A stretch of 64,000 bases of DNA from Octopus sinensis (lineage: Eukaryota). Positions 39,662-53,849 of the stretch are shown here, piece by piece. The stretch spans positions 106,640,001-106,704,000 of the forward strand of contig NC_043001.1 of NCBI RefSeq assembly GCF_006345805.1, given 5' to 3'. Each line of letters begins with the position of its first letter. Position 1 is the stretch's first letter. The notes under the pieces are model-generated. The model saw only the letters and a program-made list of their open reading frames with translations, was not told where the DNA came from and did no database searches. The translations under genes and the position numbers were made by a program.

Positions 39662-39838
39662 TCTTGGGTAGCGTTGAGTCTTCTCTCCAATATGATAGCA
39701 AGCAATGAGATGAGAGTATATACCAGTGCGGTTACACGGCTCTAGATTTTGACTATGTTGTGATGAGAAACTGTATTTGAAGGTCTGAGACAAGTGGCGG
39801 ATTTTGCAAAGAAAAAAGAAGACGAATGTTATTAAAAC

Positions 39839-39889
<51 letters not shown>

Positions 39890-39940
39890 AAGAAATTGAA
39901 GATTTATAGCAGTGAAGCAAAAGTCTTTTAAAATTATCAA

Positions 39941-40365
39941 TAGGCGCAGGAGTGGCTGTGTGATAAGTAGCTTGCTTGCCAACTACATGGTTCCGGGTTC
40001 AGTCCCACTGCGTGGCACCTTGGGAAAGTGTCTTTTACTGTAGCCTCGGGCTAACCAAAGCCTTGTGAGTGGATTTGTTAGACGGAAACTGAAAGAAGCC
40101 CGTCGTATATATGTATATGTATATACTGTATATATATATATATGTGTGTGTGTGTTTGTGTGTCTGTGTTTGCCCCACCACCACCACCAACATCGCTTGA
40201 CAACCGATGCTGGTGTGTTTACGTCTCCGTAACTTAGCGGTTCGGCAAAAGAGACCGATAGAAAAAGTACTTGGTTTACAAAGAATAAGTCCTGGGGTCG
40301 ATTTGCTCGACTAAAGGCGGTGCTCCAGCATGGCCGCAATCGAATGAAACAAATATAAGAGTAAA
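39941..40365 (+). mobile_element. SINE family A, full-length
   Basis: aggcgcaggagtggctgtgtg...gcatggccgcaat. Confidence 0.9.
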
Positions 40366-40777
40366 ATGAGTAATCCTTTCTACTGGAGGCTGACGGCCTC
40401 GAATTTGCGAAGAGGGGACTAGTTGATTACATCGACCCCAGTCTTTCACTAATACTTAATCCATCGACCTCGAAAGGAAAAGTCTCCTTTTGAACCCAAA
40501 ACGTGAAGACAGACGAAATACAGCTAAGCATTTCTGCCGGCGTGCTCACCATTATGCCAGCTCGTCCTCTTCCCTTTTAGAATTATCGATAATAGATGCA
40601 ACAGCAATTACTATAAACTGTCGTTTATATCAGTGTTTATCGATCGATTAATGTGAAACTGGTAGATATCGAAGATTAAGAATATAGAAATGAAATTCTG
40701 ATGAGGGAGAATCATATCGAAAGTATTTCCTACGTAATTGTTAGTGTAGAATATCCCTACTGCAGTTATTTTATACC

Positions 40778-41011
40778 TATTTCTTTATTACCCACAAGAG
40801 GCTAAACACACAGAGGACAAACAAGGACAGACAAACGGATTAAGTCGATTATATCGACCTCAGTGCGTAAATGGTACTTAATTTATCGACCCCGAAAGGA
40901 TGAAAGGCAAAGTCGACCTCAGCAGAATTTGAACTCAGAACGTAACGGCAGACGAAATACCGCTGACGCATTTCGCCCGGTTTGCTAACGTTTCTGTCAG
41001 CTTGCTGCCTA
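40778..41011 (-). mobile_element. SINE family B copy with 15-bp TSD (1 mismatch)
   Basis: cagttattttatacc (40763-40777) and cagtcattttatacc (41012-41026). Confidence 0.85.
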
Positions 41012-41159
41012 CAGTCATTTTATACCGTTGCTGTGTATCCTAAAGTGTATTCCGCTTCAAAAAACCCCATGGAGTGTTCTGAAGGCGATAGTCACAAGAA
41101 CTGTAAACAGAAGGATCCGGATTTCAAACACACGCACACATACAAAATGGCCATATTAA

Positions 41160-41409
41160 CTCTTTTACTCTTTTATTTGTTTCAGTCATTTGACTGCGGC
41201 CATGCTGGAGCACCGCCTTTAGTCAAGAAAATCGACCCCAGGACTTATTCTTTGTCAGCCTAGTACTTATTCTATCAGTCTCTTTTGCTGCACCGCTGTT
41301 ACGAGGATGTAAACACACGACCATCGGTTGTCAAGCGATTGTTGGGGGACAAACACAGACACACAAATACACACACACACACACACTCACTCACACACAC
41401 ACACACACG

Positions 41410-41441
<32 letters not shown>

Positions 41442-41590
41442 CATTCACATATATACGACGGGCTTCTTTCAGTTTCCTTCTACCAAATCCACTCACAAGG
41501 CTTTGATCGGCCCGAGGCTATAGTAGAAGACACTTTCCCAAGGTGCCACGCAGTGGGACTGAACCCGTAACCACGTGGTCGGTAAGCAAG
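41160..41590 (-). mobile_element. SINE family A copy
   Basis: Reverse complement, tail to head. Confidence 0.85.
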
Positions 41591-42344
41591 ATATTTACCA
41601 CACAGCCACTCCTGAGCCTATTGAACAATTTCTCAAAACCTTTCATTTTCATATCGCAAAATTTTGTGGATACTTCACTCTTATGTCAAACAACTCCTAA
41701 GTCTCCCTTCATCGTTTCCCTGGATTTCGTCAATAGTTGGGTTTCAGACAGACGTGGTATACGCGTTATTTCTGTATTTATGTTCAAAGTTCACATTTAC
41801 CTTACCCCTTTCTTAGAATTCTTCAACCGTATACTTACAACCGTATTTTAAAAATACGCGTACTCTAGATTTTCTTATTCTTCCTTATTCTTTCCGCCTT
41901 TTATGATAATTTTTTGTATACATTCATCATTTTCAGTTGTTTTAACTGACTTGAGAAACTCCTACTGAACAAAACAAACCTAACTATACTTAGTTGTAAC
42001 TCAGGTTATATATATTAATTTATTTTTTTGTGTGTTTGTGTAATATATTAATATTATTTAAATATCATAAAAACAATAGGTACTTAATGATATATATATT
42101 TAAATTATATTTGAGTATAAAATAGGTTATTTAATTTTATTGCTTTTATTATAATAGTTAATATAATTCATTTATGTGTTGTGTTGTTATAATCTAACTA
42201 AATTGATTTTAGGTATATATTATTTTAGAATTTTAGGTATTAATACTTGAACGTTATATATTATGTTTAGTATATTTAATTTAATTTATTACAAACTAAT
42301 ACTAGAATCCTTTATCTGTTAATAGTTTGTTGTCTCTATACGTG

Positions 42345-42720
42345 GCACTCCGTCGGTTACGACGACGAGGGTTCCAGTTGATCCGATCAACGGAACAGCC
42401 TCCTCGTGAAGTTAACGTACAAGTGGCTGAGTACTCCACAGATACGTATACCCTTAATGTAGTTCTCGAGGAGATTCAGCGTGACACAGTACGACAAGGC
42501 TGGTCCTTTGAAATACAGGTACAACAGAAACAGGAAGAAAGAGTGAGAGAAAATTGTGGTTAAAGAGTACAGCAAGGTTCGCAACCCCACCTCCTACCGG
42601 AGGCTCGTGGAGATTTAGGTGTTTTTTGCGCAATAAACGCTCACAACGCCCTGCCTGGGAATCGAAACAGCGATCCTACGACCGCGAGTTCGCTACCCTA
42701 ACCACTGGGCTATTGCGCCT
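42345..42720 (-). mobile_element. SINE family C copy
   Basis: Matches 36920-37318. Confidence 0.8.
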
Positions 42721-44491
42721 CTACGTTGTCTCTGCTACATCTTAATATTACATTCCCCTGTATTGAGCCCCTTATGATCCACATTGGAAAAATGCTAAAA
42801 TAACTAATCGATATTTTCACTAAGAACATTAATATTCCTTCAAGGAAACACAACACAAAATACTTTATAGCCATTTCATTAAAAGACTAATATGGTATGT
42901 ATTAGTCTTCAATAAACAATTTGATGACAAAAATAATAACTTTAAATATGGCTTCAACTTTAATAAATGCCCACTTATATCCTCATCCATCCTTTTCAAG
43001 ACGAACTCTTCCGTTAATAAAGAATATTAAATTTAGAAAGCAAAACAATGGGTTGCGATAAATTTAAAAGCAAAATTACAAAAAGCTGAAAATTCTAACA
43101 AGATCTTCGTACAATTGAATAAAACATAAAATTCTCTATAAAAGATACTTATCTAGTTCTATAACCAACACTTATAAGAAAACTAATTGAATATTTTAAA
43201 AGATATTAATATCTACAGCCAAAAATCATTTCTTTTCTTGAAATTGCCAATGGAACCCAACCGCTCTCACCTCAACACCCTTGAGAGATATTTCAGTTTG
43301 GCCGTTCTCTTGGTCGAGATATAATATCAAGAGAGATATAATATTAAATTGAAATAAAAACCTTTTAAAATAAAAATCATCCCGACCAAAATTGTTATAA
43401 GATTCATCTATAAACACATTCTAGGTAAAATTATACCCAACTTTCTAAGTTAAATTTACCTTTATAGATTAACACTTATGCTAATACACGTGCTGTCTTA
43501 TATTTGTTGCTTAAATTCCAAATAAAATTATTATCAATACTTTATTTCTTGATAATGAAGATTACTACCTGTATTTATAATTGTTCTTAATTTCTTGGAT
43601 CTAATAAGAAACATGCTCGGAGGTGTATTTGCCAAGTGTGTACAAACTAAAATGACACAGCGTTGGCAAACACATATTATCCATTCAAAAATACACAAAG
43701 ACTTTTAATTCCAGTGAAAACATTCATTACTTGGTGTTAAAATTCTGGTCACTGAAATCATATCAATGACTTGGTCACTGATATGACTTCGCTTCATCAA
43801 ACACAAATAATTCAGAAATAGAAATTTATTTTCTTGTTCATGAATAATTGCAATTAACTATAGTTACTAGTAACAAATTTATTTGAAACAAATAAAAAAT
43901 TCAATTTAATTAGAGAATAATTAGAAAATAATGGATTCAGAGAAATAAATGAGGTCTTCGATCATATTATCCAAATCTCCTAAATTATCAAATCTATTAT
44001 CCAATTCGCTTAACCTGAAAGTGAATTATAATGGGACGACAGTCACTCACTGTTTTTTTTTTTTTTGTTTGTTTTTGTTTTTTTGGTTCGATTATCCTTG
44101 AAATCCTTCTCTCTTACTCTCGTCTTTTGGTGCACAGTTACTGCGACACATTATAAAAGTACATTTATTGTCCATAATTTGGATTCGAGCTACTTGTTCT
44201 CTCGCAATTTCGCCAGTCGCTGATAACATCAGATCGGCGGGATTTTTTCCCCCTTATATAAATAGTGAAGTCTTGCTTGAACTTCGAAGCAAGCTGCTTT
44301 TTTAGTATTTTATATTCCTCGCTTGTTTTAGTGGAATTATAAGTGGTTGCGGCATGACATATTTGTTACTGTTGTCTTCGCCTGGGTCGTGTTTCTTGTC
44401 GATCAGTCTCTCCGCAGAGAAGAGTAACATTCATCCGATCCTGGACTGTCATATGTTGACAAAAGTCATTACTAATATATATATATATACG

Positions 44492-44612
<121 letters not shown>

Positions 44613-45449
44613 GCATATACATATATATATAAAATACAAAATGGGACAAGAATGCAAAACAGCCAGACAGACGATACAAGGAAAACAAGGACGGGTCATT
44701 CGGAGTTTTCTATCTTCAGTTGAGTTCCAGATTATCTTTGCAATTTCGGCTGGTTATACTCGAGATTGCGATATATATAGTTTACTATATATAGTTTACT
44801 GTTTCGTTTAGGCAAGATCCAAGAAAAAATGTTCCATCTAGTTGGAGATAAATATCGTTTTATGTATACAGTATAAAGATACCAGCTACAGAGCATCTTA
44901 TAAAAACCTCCCTAGACACGTGTCTCCAGTGCAAGAAACTAATAGTATCTCGTACCTTTATACTAAGTACATTAAATGATATGTGTGTGAGGTAGAGAGA
45001 GAGAGAGAGAGAGCGTGCGTGCGTGTGTATCAATAGATGTCATTCATATTTGTTTATTTATCCGTTTCCTGTAAATATTTTGTTTAATTCCATTATTATT
45101 TTAAATACATTCTTATTTTCATATTTATTTATTTATGCCAATTGCTTTCCTCTCTTCTTCATTTTCTCAAACTTATAAATTACTGTTTTCTATTGTTTCA
45201 TTTTCTATACAATGTGTATATACACTCAACGAATAATATTTTTGTTTCAAATTTATCCAATGAAATATATGTGACTCTACTTTCAGTGCTTTGTACTCTC
45301 TTTCCCCCATCTGCTACCCACCTCCCACACACACAAACAAACAAACGAACAAACAATCAGCAACAGAGACACAAGCATATGTGCGTTTTAGTCTCTATAT
45401 AAGTGAGGTGTGTGTGTGTGTGTGTGCATGCATGTTTGTATGTGTGTGT

Positions 45450-45630
45450 AGATCGTTAGCCACTACACACACTTCTTTTCTCTCCTTGTTTCTTTCTGTG
45501 TTCCTTTCTGTAGAAGAGCGTAGGCTCGAAACGTAAAAGACTTTTTCTATTCCTGAGCGTTATACTAATAAATCTGTTTGTTTTGTACACCACATGTCTT
45601 CGTCTTTTGTTTTTTTCGTAAACTCTCCAG
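45450..45630 (+). mobile_element. Penelope-like terminal fragment with degenerate hammerhead
   Basis: cttt-CTGTAGA-A GAGC GTAG GCTC-GAAAC-GTA-aaag at 45504-45539. Same family as the copies near 19200 and 52200. Confidence 0.6.
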
Positions 45631-45653
45631 TATTTATATATATATATTGTTTG

Positions 45654-45697
<44 letters not shown>

Positions 45698-46139
45698 CCA
45701 AACAATGAAGAACAAACAAGAAAAAACAACAACGCGAGGACGTGGTATTATCAGACTCTCAGGAAAGAAAGGAAAGAGGATTTAAAGTTTCGAGCAAAGA
45801 TCTTCTTCGGAAATAGAGGAAAGTCTCTAATGTGTGGCATTTGGTCAATGAGGGAGTTTGATGCTGCTGCCCTTATCTTTGTTTCCTGCCGTGAAGTAGG
45901 CTCGTCTGGAACCTGTAATACAAGGAATAGCAGCCAAATTTCCCTCAATTCACACCACCCAAGAACAAGACAAGACAGATTAAATCAAATAGATTTTTAT
46001 ATAATTTAAAAGAGCAGAACGGTCACAGCTGGAGTGTTTTTAGTCCAGTATCATCATAAGGCTAAAGGTCCAAGGCTTAAGTATGCTGTGGTTTGCCGTC
46101 AATAAATAGTATGAACCCCAGTGCATTGCTTTGTCCGGA

Positions 46140-46510
46140 GTTCGGCAATGCTTTAAGGACACTCATCATCATTATTGTTCGACCGGGGTTTCTTTGAAGA
46201 TTTTAAGTTTGAAATATCTTCTTAGATTTGATGACCAGATCTTATGCATATCATTACAGGCTGCCCAGGCCATACCCTTTCTAATTGGAAAATCTTTTTC
46301 AGATGATGATATGTATGACCCAAGATATTTGTAACCAGAAACCATATTTAAGAGCGTATTGTTGAGAGTATGGATGATGAAATCCCTGTTAGACAGACAC
46401 TTGTTTACATATTCAGTCTTGGACTCATTGAGGTAAAGACCTACACAATTTGAGGCTTGTTCAAGAGATTGTAAAAGAGACTGAACACTGCATTGACCAG
46501 GCCTGAGCAA
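46140..46510 (-). mobile_element. RTE-clade LINE RT fragment
   Basis: ORF 46172..46678: LEQASNCVGLYLNESKTEY...YKYLGSYISSSEKDFPIRKGMAWAACNDMHKIWSSNL, the RT domain 6-7/thumb motifs. Confidence 0.8.
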
Positions 46511-46702
46511 CAACGGCAGAAACAACATGAACATTATGGATATTTCCACTATTGCAAAACTGATACCGCGAGCCATATTTTTCTCCGTTTCAGAGTTCAT
46601 CAATAAAATTTTCTTTAAAAATAAATTAGCAATAAAGAAATTAGGATTGAAATTGTGAGAATTGTGGCTGAAACACATATATCAAACAGGCAGGCAAACA
46701 AT

Positions 46703-46733
<31 letters not shown>

Positions 46734-46881
46734 CTTACGACAGTAACAATAGCGTCAAGATAATTAACAGCAACAGTGCTGTAATATCCTTGCTTCCAAT
46801 GAAGTGTCAGGTGAAGTAATTAAAGTTGTAGGAAAGCAACACGATAAATTATGAGCTTATCAGGTAACTACTGTAAACAGG

Positions 46882-46975
<94 letters not shown>

Positions 46976-47235
46976 TAAATGACTGGATAGGTAGGCAGGT
47001 AGGTAGGTACGTATGTATGTACGTACGCATATACATGTATAGACTGACAGACAGATACATAGATAGATAAGAAGACGTGTGTGTGTGAGGCAAAAATCTG
47101 CATAAAACAAGCCGATATCGAAGTCAATTCCAGACAACAGCTGTTGAAGAGAAATTTATGTCTAAGCCGCTGGTTTTCCTTGGCCTTTTCCTTTCAGCTT
47201 TATTCTGTGTTCAATTTTTCCCATATAATATTTAT

Positions 47236-47279
<44 letters not shown>

Positions 47280-47541
47280 TGTGTGTGTGTGTGTGTGATC
47301 TCTATTGCTCAGCCCCAGATCAGTCTTGATCGAGCAGACCTAGCCGTGGCCATCCCAACGCTTACCGGTAGGCAAGGGAACTTACAACTATATCATCCAG
47401 TGTGTCCTTTTTTTTTCAGATGGTAAGGTTTTAATTTCTTAGGAATTTCGGCTGATGTTTCTAGCAGAATGAGTGACTACCTAGAGGTTGCCTCATATTT
47501 AGTCATTGCTAGCAGTCATGGTAGTGAAATAATGAAGACAC

Positions 47542-47645
<104 letters not shown>

Positions 47646-47859
47646 TCTCTGCGCAGCGCAGCTCCATTATGTATATACATATATACAACGGGATTCTTTC
47701 AGTTTCCATCTACCAAATCCACTCACAAGGCTTTGGTCGACCCAAGGCTATAGCAGAAGTCACTTGCACAAGGTGCCACGCAGTGGGACTGAACCCGGAA
47801 CCATGTGGCTGGTAAGCACGCTACTTACCACACAGCAAACTCCTACAGTTGTTTTTTTT

Positions 47860-48010
47860 TCTCTTTCTTTTCTTTGGACTTTTCCGTTTTCCTTTCCGAC
47901 GAAGAGCTATGCCCGAAACGTCAAACACTCTTTCTTTTCACTGAGCGTGAAACTAATACATTCCATGTGCACGTCCGCTTGTTGTTTGTTATTTTTATTT
48001 TTAATGTCCG
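47860..48010 (+). mobile_element. Penelope-like terminal fragment with degenerate hammerhead
   Basis: ttt-CCGACGA-A GAGC TAT GCCC-GAAAC-GTC-aaa at 47893-47925. Confidence 0.5.
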
Positions 48011-49114
48011 TTTATTTGATGTGACTCCACTCATCCAAGGTTGGCTTCGGGCTGTATGATATTATCCTCATTGACAGCAGCAGCACCAACGTCGCCACTA
48101 TCGTTATCATTACCACCACCACAATCACCCCTACCATACTGCTGTCACCACCACCGCCGCCACCATCAGCCTTATCACTTACACCTCCACCACCACCAAC
48201 ATCATCATCAACAGCGCTACCGCCACCGTCCCACTACAACCATCAGTACCATGAATGAACAGAACGGCAACAGCAACGACAAACCGCCGAAGTGTGAAGA
48301 CAAATTTAATAAAAAAAAAAACAAAAAAAAACAAATAAACAAATAAATAAATTTGCAGAAAATGAAAATGAGACGAAATCATACGTTCTCGCCTGGTAAT
48401 TAATGAAGTAATTAAAGTACATGACATTCCTTAACCATTAAAAAAAAAAAAAAAATGGGTAAAACGAAAGAATATTATTACCCTGCATGAAACACAATTT
48501 TGTCACAAAGTCGAAAATCAATAACTTTGTTTGAAGTGTCTGGTGAGAAAGAGAGAGACAGACGGACAGACAGGGAAAATGACACAGAGAAGGAAAGAGG
48601 CAGAAAGAGAGAGAGAGAAAAGAGAGAGAGAGAGAATGGCTTTCTTCACTCATCATCTCAGAAGGAAAACAGAATTCTTTCCGTTGACTGAATTTTCCAT
48701 TCTTTCTTTCTGTCACCAACATCACCGAACATAACCATATGCTGGAGTGTGTCTGTGTCTAGGTCTGGGTGTGCACATTTATGCGCGTATTTATGTGTGA
48801 GTGTGAGTGTATATATATATATATATGCGAACTTTAGATCAGTTAAGATATGTTTCTGACATATTTCAGCCTCTAAACGCAGAGTCGCTATTGCAGAGAA
48901 AATAATTCTTTCTTATAGTAAATAAGCTTATCTGTCTAGTGCTGCCTCCTGGTGGATTCCCAGACGCATTTCTAGCTCTTCAGCAATTATCAATAGGAAA
49001 TACGGAAGAGAAGTAACTCTGGACTTCTCTGGACTTGTAGTTTTATCTAAAACATAGTCAACAGCATTGACCTAGTTGCACCATTAGACCTCCAGATCAG
49101 AAGAAATTTATTTA

Positions 49115-49213
49115 TTCTATCGATCGCTTTTGCCGAACCGCTAAGTTACGAGGGCGTAAACACAACAACATCGGTTGTCAGGCGATGGTGGGGGACAACA
49201 CAGATACAAACAC

Positions 49214-49302
<89 letters not shown>

Positions 49303-49452
49303 TATATATATCCGACGAGCTGCTTTCAGTTTCGTCTACCAAATCCATTCACAAGGCTTTGGTTGGTCCGAGGCTATAGTAGAGGACACTAGCCAAAGGT
49401 GCCACGCAGTGGGACTGAAACCGGAACCATGTGGTTGGTAAGCAAGCTTCTT
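49115..49452 (-). mobile_element. SINE family A copy
   Basis: Reverse complement of head and body. Confidence 0.8.
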
Positions 49453-49699
49453 TTATACATTTAATTGGCCACAGGGCCTTACACAGAAAGGAACCTGTGG
49501 GCTGGACACATACATGATGATATGAATGACAAATGAAATGGTGAAAAAAGAGGGCAACAGCAACGCCCGCCGATTGCTGTTTACCCGAGCACATTGTTCT
49601 TTTATAAAACATTTTGAGGCAACAAACCTCTTACATGATAACACATTGACTACATGCGAAGCCATTTTGAGGCAATGAACATCTTACTCAAATCTATTT

Positions 49700-50290
49700 A
49701 GGTATCAAAAATACAATCTTCTTGCCCAACCAGACTTCTCGCCTCAGAAAAACACCTGGACGGCTCCAAGTCGGGCCAATTCAACATAAATCTATAGGTA
49801 TCCTTGGGGAAGGAATCCATTATCCTGAACAGGTTGTTCTCCCTCATGACCTTCGCAACCACCTGCGAAGGCCAGTCAGGGTCCCCCGTGCAGGACAGGA
49901 TCCCCTCCCTTCGGCCCTTCGTTTGAGCTTGCCAACAAAGCGCTCCACCGTCCCTCCCTTATGGAAGAGGACCACAAATTCCTCCTCCATATCACGGGGG
50001 GTAGATGTACAGTCTCCATCTTTGGTGGCACAACTTCCACCAAAGATACTTCGGGACACGCCAGCAGTGGATCATCAACCGCAGGCGATGCCCCATTTTT
50101 CGTTTTTTTCTTTTTTCCCTTTGAGTCACGGTGGGGTGGAGTTCCTCCTCTTTGTCCAGCAGCTCCTCCTTTCCTCCCGCAGCTCTCGGTTCCTTCGGTG
50201 GGCAACCATTGTTGACCACGTTTCGTTTTCTTCCTTTTCTTCGAGGAGGTTTCCACCTCCTTGACTTCCTCCTTCTCTCCCTCCAATGAG
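49700..50290 (-). mobile_element. GC-rich, frameshifted coding-like fragment, possibly LINE ORF1 C-terminus
   Basis: GC content well above its surroundings. ORF 49876..50286 (MEGEKEEVKEVETSSKKRKK...) continues after a frameshift as DWPSQVVAKVMRENNLFRIMDSFPKDTYRF. No diagnostic motif was recognised. Confidence 0.35.
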
Positions 50291-50384
50291 GGAGCAGGGA
50301 GTGGTACTTTTATTAACTGCTCCAGGAGCTTATTTTGGTCCTTGGGGCAGTTCTTCTTGATATGGCCCGGTTCCAGATATTATT

Positions 50385-50406
50385 AATATTATTATTATTA
50401 TTATCA

Positions 50407-50452
<46 letters not shown>

Positions 50453-50588
50453 CATTATTATTCAGGTCACTGCCTGGAATCGAACTCGGAATCTTGGGAT
50501 TAGTAGCCCGCACTCTTAACCCCTACGCCATATGCCCGTGGGCATGTAAATAAAGTGCATAATTCCTCGTCTCTTAAATATAGAACTG
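50385..50588 (-). mobile_element. Second, 3'-truncated copy of the tRNA-headed element
   Basis: Head 50543-50464 (TGGCGTAGGGG, GTTCGATTCC), then (TAA)n. It is preceded directly by a 45-bp inverted tail end (50544-50588) matching 58815 onward. Confidence 0.7.
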
Positions 50589-50981
50589 TAAAATATTTTA
50601 ACTCCTTATTGTACCCAGAACTATTAACGAGTCAACCATCCACAACATCCTCCATCATGTTAATTATAACAGCAATTTACAATCCATTACTTCACGAATT
50701 ACTACGAAACTTAACTGATCTTATTATGTTATAAATGATATCGCATTTATATTATGAATGATATCACATTTATAACATTACTTACGTAGTCTGTCTATAC
50801 GTTTCTTGTAGTTTGTGTCTCTATGGTATTTATTACGCAGTATTTATTTATTCCCATTATTTAAATCCAATCCATTATTACTTAATCACCTGTTCAGTTA
50901 ACCGTCGAGCAGTTTATTAACCATTAAAATTTCTCTCTATAACCATAATGCTACATGTGTGCGCGTGCGCAATATATGTAT

Positions 50982-51018
<37 letters not shown>

Positions 51019-51019
51019 G

Positions 51020-51052
<33 letters not shown>

Positions 51053-51065
51053 ATATATATACACA

Positions 51066-51142
<77 letters not shown>

Positions 51143-51292
51143 TAATATATATATATATATAATATATATATAATATATTATACATACATATACTTACATA
51201 TACGTATACATATCTATGCATATATATATATATATATACACGCATACATACCTATACATACACCTCTCTAAAATATATATATATATATGTAT

Positions 51293-51379
<87 letters not shown>

Positions 51380-52169
51380 CTATTCCGAAATCTCATTAAT
51401 CGTATAATCTTCCATAAATTATATACCCCTCGTTATCAAATTTAAGTTAATCTTCAACGAATCTTTATAATACACATCCAAAATCAGTAACAGAGCATAA
51501 TTATATAAGCTTTGCTATTCATAGTTGCCAAACTGTTCAATTGATAGCAAGGATATATCTCAGCGTTGATAATGAATTTCTCCAAACGAAGTTTGCTTAT
51601 CATTAAATGAGATTAAAATAAATTCTTTAAAGCCTGCATTTTGTGTATATAATGGAAGAGCCATTCTAGACATTCAGAGAAGTTAAATTTATTATATTTC
51701 AAGAAATGTCAAAATTTTCATCGCATATCTGTGGCCTGATCAATGACATGTTCTGCTTCAATATAAAGTCTGTAAACCTGATCTTTGTTTCAAATTCGTT
51801 TCTCGCCTGTCATGTAAATCTTCTAGTCTTTCTTTTATACTTTTCCTTTACTTGTTTCAGTCCTGGAACTACGGCCATTCTGGGGCAGCACCTTGACGGA
51901 TTTAGTCGAACAAATCGACCCCAGGACTTATTATGAAGTCTGATACTAATTCTATCTTTTTATCTTTTCTTTTTTCTTTTTTCCCGACCCGTTAGATTTC
52001 GAGGGCATAAACAAACCTGCATCGGTTGTCAAACAATGCTGAGAGACAAACACAAACACACACGCACTGTTATGTTCATGTATGTATACACGCACACACA
52101 TATATACATATATATGTATATGTGTCTATCTATCTAACTCTCTATTTATACATACAGTCGCCATGATAG

Positions 52170-52340
52170 ATCGATAGCCACTACACACACTTTTTTCTCT
52201 CCTTATTTCTTTCTGTGGAAGAGCGTAGGCTCGAAACGTAAAAGACTTTTTCAATTCCTGAGCGTTATACTAATACATCTGTTTGTTTAGTACACCACCG
52301 GTCTTCGTCTTTTGTTTTTTTCGTGAATTCTCCCTATATA
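52170..52340 (+). mobile_element. Penelope-like terminal fragment (same family as 45450)
   Basis: gccactacacacactt...ctgtggaagagcgtaggctcgaaacgtaaaagac...gagcgttatactaata. Confidence 0.6.
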
Positions 52341-52344
52341 TACA

Positions 52345-52402
<58 letters not shown>

Positions 52403-52411
52403 ATTATATAT

Positions 52412-52448
<37 letters not shown>

Positions 52449-52549
52449 TTATTTATTTATTTATATATATATATGCATATATATATATACATATATATAC
52501 AGATGTGTGTGTGCGTGAGTGGTTGACTGCGTTGTGGTGTGTGTGTGTG

Positions 52550-53849
52550 TAGTCAAGTATGAAATTTGTAGTAAAGAAAAAGTTTGCTAATGTTTTATAA
52601 ATACAAGTGTCTTATTAATCAAAGTATGCACCCATATCGTCAACACACTTTTGCCATTTCATCGGTATCTTGTCCAGCCCGGAACTGTAAAAGCTGGCAA
52701 TCTAGAGTCGATAAAATCTTGGACGGCCTGTTTTACAGCATCGTCGGAATTAAATTTTTTTCCTATCAAAAAGTTATCCAAATTCTGGAAGAAGTGGTAA
52801 TCAGTGGGGGCAAGATCACATGAGTATGGTGGATGATGGAGAACTTCCAACTCCAACTCCTATAGTCTCGCATTTGTCATTTTTGCGATGTGTGGGCGGC
52901 GGCGTCTTGCAACAAAATAGGAGTGGATCTGTCAACTAATCTAGGCTGTTTCTTTTTATTTTATTTTATTTATTTATTTTTTGTAGGTTCTGCATAATTT
53001 GATCCAGTTGGTTGCAGTATACTTCGGCCGTGATTGATGAGCCAGGATTATTGAAATCATAATGGATCACACCTGCGCCAGACCACCACATACACACCAT
53101 CAGCTTATTTTGATGAATTTTGCTTTTTGGACTGTGTTTTGATGGCTCGCCTTTGTCCAACCATTGTGCTATACGTTTACGATTGTTGTATAGGATCAAT
53201 TTCTCATCACATGTCACAATTCGATTAAAAAATGATTCATTTTTGTGACGAGATAGAAGTATAATGCAGGCTTCCAAACGTTGCTATTTCTAATTTTCAT
53301 TGAATTCATGTGGAATCCACTTATCCAACTTTTTCACTTTACCAATTTGAACTAGGCGAGTCAATATTGTTTGCTTGTTAACACCAAACAACAACAATAA
53401 TTCACGGGCACTTTGAGATGGATCTGCCTCGACGGCGGCTTTCAGTTCGTCATTATCTACCTTTGTTTCTGGTAGACCACGTTGCTCATTTGTGAAGTCA
53501 AAGTTACCAGAACGAAATTTTGCAAACCAGTTTGATACTAGCTGCTGTGTAATAACATTAGAATGAAATACTCCACTGATATTCCGAGCTGTCTGTGATG
53601 CTGTATTTCCAAGAAAGAACTCATATTTCAAAACTGTACGAATTTCCGACTTATCCATGTCTAAACAAAAATAGCAAAAACGATTTATAAATACTTTGTA
53701 AATCGCAAAATGAGTTAGAATAAAGAAAGAGATGTGTCAGCTTTCTAACAAAAAATTTAAATTGTCAAAATATAATAATAGCGCAAAATGAGCAGCTGTC
53801 AAATTTTATTGTATACCTTACGACAAATTTCATATTTGACGACCGAATA
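52550..53849 (-). mobile_element. Near full-length defective mariner (Tc1/mariner, DD34D-type) transposon
   Basis: Split transposase with WIPHE, TCDEK, LLQDAARPH and HPPYSCDLAPTDYHFF. In-frame stop at 53290 and an (AAAT)n expansion near 52950-52980. TIRs 52550-52574 and 53818-53847 match at 22/25, with TA at 53848-53849. Confidence 0.95.

Noticed and set aside
48041-48346. His/Pro-rich ORF
   Set aside because: Degenerate (CAC)/(CAT) trinucleotide repeat with no splice context.
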